Shown here piece by piece: positions 62,156-64,000 of a stretch of DNA of 64,000 nucleotides. The DNA comes from Raillietiella orientalis (lineage: Eukaryota). Position numbers and translations under genes: made by a program. The notes beneath the pieces are model-generated. The model was not told where the DNA came from and did no database searches. It saw only the letters and a program-made list of their open reading frames with translations. The stretch is from NCBI GenBank assembly GCA_036172245.1, contig JAYWIR010000011.1, forward strand, positions 1,736,001 to 1,800,000, given 5' to 3'. Position 1 is the first letter of the stretch. Every line of letters starts with the position of its first letter.

Positions 62156-63530
62156 ACATCCGGCGGACAGCCGAGAGGCACCGTGCGACCTCCGGCACAC
62201 AGTCTCCCCTTCCCGCGCATCCTCCGCTCCCTCGGCACTCCAGCGCTTCCGGCATCCGAGGAGCCCCGGAGTGCGGCAACGACCGCCCTCGAGGCGGAGG
62301 GCTCACCTTCAGCGGCCCGTCCTCCGCCTGCTCCTCCTTGCCTGCCTTCCCTAAGCACTCAAGAACAGTTCGCCTAGGGGCTCGCGAAGCTCTTTGGAGC
62401 TGTCCACGCCACCCGAGGTTGGGTGACCCCGGGAGGGGACCGCCCTGTGAATCCAGGAAGGCTCCGGAAGCACGAGTCCTCTCCTCTTACGCTTGGGAAG
62501 GAACCCCGAGGGAAACTCTTCCTTGTTCTCTCCGGAGGGACCCCCGGAGGGACCCCCTGGAGGGGACCGCTCCTTTTTTTCTTCTCCGGAGGGAACCCGC
62601 AAGCGAATCGCTCCTTATTTCCTCCTCTGAACTGAACCCCGAAGGGACGCTTCCCAATTTTCTTGGAAGGACGCTCCCCGAAGGCAGCAACGCGCTTCTT
62701 CACACTCTGGAGAGGTGCCAAACCACCAGCTCCATGGTGCTCCATCGAGGGTTTCCCCCCGAGGCGGGGAACGACCCATCTTCACAACCTAATGGGAACC
62801 TGATCCCTGGAAGGACCCCGCAGGGTCGACTTCCAATCCTGAACAGTCAACGGGGGCATCCGGTTTCCGACTGCTTCCGCCAGTGTCGCACCCGGAACCC
62901 GCGGGCCAACCAGTTCCATTTTGCCCACGACGCACCCTTTCCCCGGCTGGGATTCGAAGCCGCGACGCTCGCCGCCATGCGCGGAGACCACGCGGCCGCC
63001 AACACCTGCCTCCTTTCGCCTTGCCTCTTCAAGATCCACCTCCGATCATTCACGGGGACGGGCGAAGCCCGGCCGGCCGGTGGGAGCGCCTTTCCTTCGC
63101 CCTCGCACAGCAGGCCCGGCTTCGGCCTTCTCTTCGCCCCCGGGATAGTTGGAACGAAAGACGCCCGCCCTTCCACGCTTGGAGGCGGCACTCTCGGTCT
63201 GGGCCACTAGCCCGACACGCTCCTCCGTGCGTCACCTTCTGGCTGCTGGCGCACCTGTCGAGCATGAGGTGACCCGGAGATCCTGCCGCCTCTCCCGCGC
63301 GGGCGATCAATGCCGCCCAGGAGGGCAACGTCCCTGCAGGTGGAGAGTGCGGGCGGGCAAATCCGCAATCTGCAGAAAGAAGGTGCTCTCAGTGGACTAG
63401 GAGATGACCCGGCGGCTCAAGGGTAGGCGCCAACTACGCGCGTGGTCTCCTCTTGATCCGGGCGTTTTCCCACGCTGCCTCGCGCCGTATCGCCCTCTTC
63501 GGCTCCTCGTGGTTTTCTTACTCAAGTGGG
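61810..63530 (+). repeat. 1.72-kb direct duplication, copy B
   Basis: Near-exact copy of 14991-16711. Confidence 0.97.
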
Positions 63531-63538
63531 CCTCAAAG

Positions 63539-63830
63539 GGCATTCTCTGTTTGCCAAAGGAAGACATGCATGGCGACCTCTATGACTATTCCATGTGAAC
63601 TCCGAAGGAAGTCCAGTCGCCTAAGACCGCAAACGTAATGCAAATAACTGTGCTGCTGGAAGAGTCATGGCTCTTCTGACTAAGAGGTCCTGCTCGTTGG
63701 TAGTAAACACTCTGAAGAGTACTTGAGAAAGAATAAACGAAAAAAAAAAGTGTGTTCTGGTGCATTTTCTAATGGCAGACTCGTAGATCCCACTGCAGCA
63801 CACCTTGGAAATCATGGGCGGACCTCCGAA
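63539..63830 (+). repeat. Diverged repeat, partner of 57730-58032 (may continue to the window end)
   Basis: Reverse-complement similarity to 57730-58032. Confidence 0.85.
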
Positions 63831-64000
63831 GGAACAGGATGACTGGATGCATCTTTGGAAAGTGTTTGGTTCAGTCCGACGCAAGAGGGGAGGAACCGAG
63901 TAGAAAAGCTCTCGATTCCTAAACGATACTAGATGGTGCAATTGGTCTATCCCATCCAGCAGTCTTTTTTTCACCCTCAAAAGTTCAAACCTCACGTGCG

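Noticed and set aside
1..64000. CRISPR array, prokaryotic operon or defence system, rRNA
   Set aside because: No regularly spaced repeat-spacer units, no dense co-oriented ORFs and no rRNA signatures; spliceosomal introns and eukaryotic TEs dominate.

Overview
Eukaryotic, intron-rich and repeat-rich DNA, most likely from an arthropod (inferred from the gene family, not determined). There is no prokaryotic operon, CRISPR array, rRNA or true tRNA. The one well-supported gene is a + strand Sidestep/nephrin-type Ig-superfamily membrane protein. I assembled it by eye from GT-AG exons with matching phases: 3294-3494, 3844-3992, 4950-5091, 5619-5749, 8166-8319, 23747-23973, 25469-25547 and 27221-27345/27384. 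Its 5' exons are not visible in the window. It appears to lack the usual fifth Ig domain. An in-frame TGA-C lies 39 nt before an in-phase GTAAGT donor, and a phase-compatible candidate terminal exon sits at 50449-50859, so stop-codon readthrough or a nonsense allele are both possible. Two young duplications stand out. One is a 1.93-kb inverted pair (607-2533 / 47993-49919) carrying a decayed leucine-rich-repeat sequence and bracketing the gene. The other is a 1.72-kb near-identical direct pair (14991-16711 / 61810-63530). The remainder is decayed transposons (tRNA-derived SINE family, AT-core MITE family, Tx1/L1-like LINE 3' ends, mariner and hAT relics, an OTU-like relic) and microsatellites. 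All homology calls are by-eye motif recognition; no searches were run.
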